NCBI GenBank assembly: GCA_002633005.1 | Contig: NMRA01000032.1 | Span: 1,230,197-1,294,196 of the forward strand | Origin: Phoronis australis | Taxonomy: Eukaryota > Animalia > Phoronida | DNA: 64,000 nucleotides | Direction of reading: 5' to 3' | Part shown: positions 63,601 through 64,000 of the stretch, piece by piece | How the letters are laid out: each line of letters opens with the position of its first letter | Numbering within the stretch: the first letter of the stretch is position 1 | Notes under the pieces: generated by a model | Seen by the model: the letters and a program-made list of their open reading frames with translations, nothing else | Databases searched by the model: none | Told to the model about the DNA's origin: nothing | Position numbers and translations under genes: made by a program

Positions 63601-64000
63601 GGATTCCAAATGTTGAAAGTGATGCTAACATAACACTCGAGGTTCAGAATCCCCACGCTTTAACTGAGCCAACCGTGCAACAACACTAAATAACAGTCTG
63701 TAGTTGCTGCATACAAAACGTTGCTTTCTAGTTCTGGTCAAAGTTTACAACAACTCTATCCCATACAACAATCCCAAAAATACGTTTTTCGGCCATAAAA
63801 GCGATAATGTCCCGTTAAGTTGGGAAGCCACATGGCAAGATGGCTGACCTGATTCAAACGTGGTGTTCTCGACAGTCATACTCCATGTGCTCTGGCGCCG
63901 CTCCTTCACCACCTTGACGGAGAACTCGTAGACAGTGTTGGCTCGCAGATTATCAAGGTGCGCGTTCAGATGTGTAGTGTTGTAGTACTTGTACCTACGG
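48659..64000 (-). CDS. NEO1: Neogenin/DCC/frazzled netrin receptor, 3' half (last two FN3 domains, TM helix, P1-P3 cytoplasmic motifs)
   Basis: In-frame GT-AG exons: ~63994-63849 (NLRANTVYEFSVKV..STWSM), 63476-63375 (APQSAPRDVT..LNWQPP..NG), 61246-61052 (YVIIYTTD..LTPDTTYYFKMNARNAKGYGP), 60256-60161, 59685-59487 (TM WIIIAVVAGVLVIAIIVFVGVMC), 58681-58431 (P1 PPDLWIHHE), 57042-56938, 56249-56097, 54397-54323, 52423-52268 (P2 HPLKSFSVP), 50676-50513, 48757-48659 (P3 EELTAEMANLEGLMKDLNAIT). Probably co-orthologous to vertebrate NEO1 and DCC. Confidence 0.96.
51586..51860 (+). mobile_element. tRNA-derived SINE in a neogenin intron
   Basis: A box TGGCCTAGTGG (~51596) and B box GTTCAAATTCC (~51640), followed by a non-tRNA body and an AT-rich tail. 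Confidence 0.6.
53930..54312. repeat. ~90-bp tandem repeat (about 4 copies) in a neogenin intron
   Basis: TAGATCAT..CTACTGCC..AACAGAGCAGGGTTAACAGTTGCT..CAGCAGAC recurs at ~53961, 54049, 54140 and 54230. Confidence 0.8.

Overview
AT-rich, intron-containing animal genomic DNA, probably a marine invertebrate, from a heterozygous draft assembly with N gaps; the species cannot be determined from the sequence. There are three blocks. (1) ~1-10.8 kb: a minus-strand gene for an uncharacterised beta-propeller-like protein; 7 exons are visible, it runs off the left edge, and two exons are duplicated across a gap, probably as alleles. (2) ~14.8-43.1 kb: a tandem array of four ~6.8-kb units. Each unit carries a 67-bp minisatellite, decayed Penelope-like retroelement pieces, and an intact, unrecognised 4-exon gene (~217 aa) with a TATA/Inr/CRE promoter and a C-terminal LxxIxE motif. 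Units 1-3 also keep a GIY-YIG relic followed by a variant hammerhead ribozyme. Unit 4 carries a young 5'-truncated LINE whose RT ORF is opened by an ATG from the satellite. (3) ~45.9-64 kb: the 3' half of a neogenin/DCC/frazzled receptor gene on the minus strand. The tandemly amplified gene cassette is the best candidate for an undescribed system. All alignments and translations were done by eye; no database searches were run.
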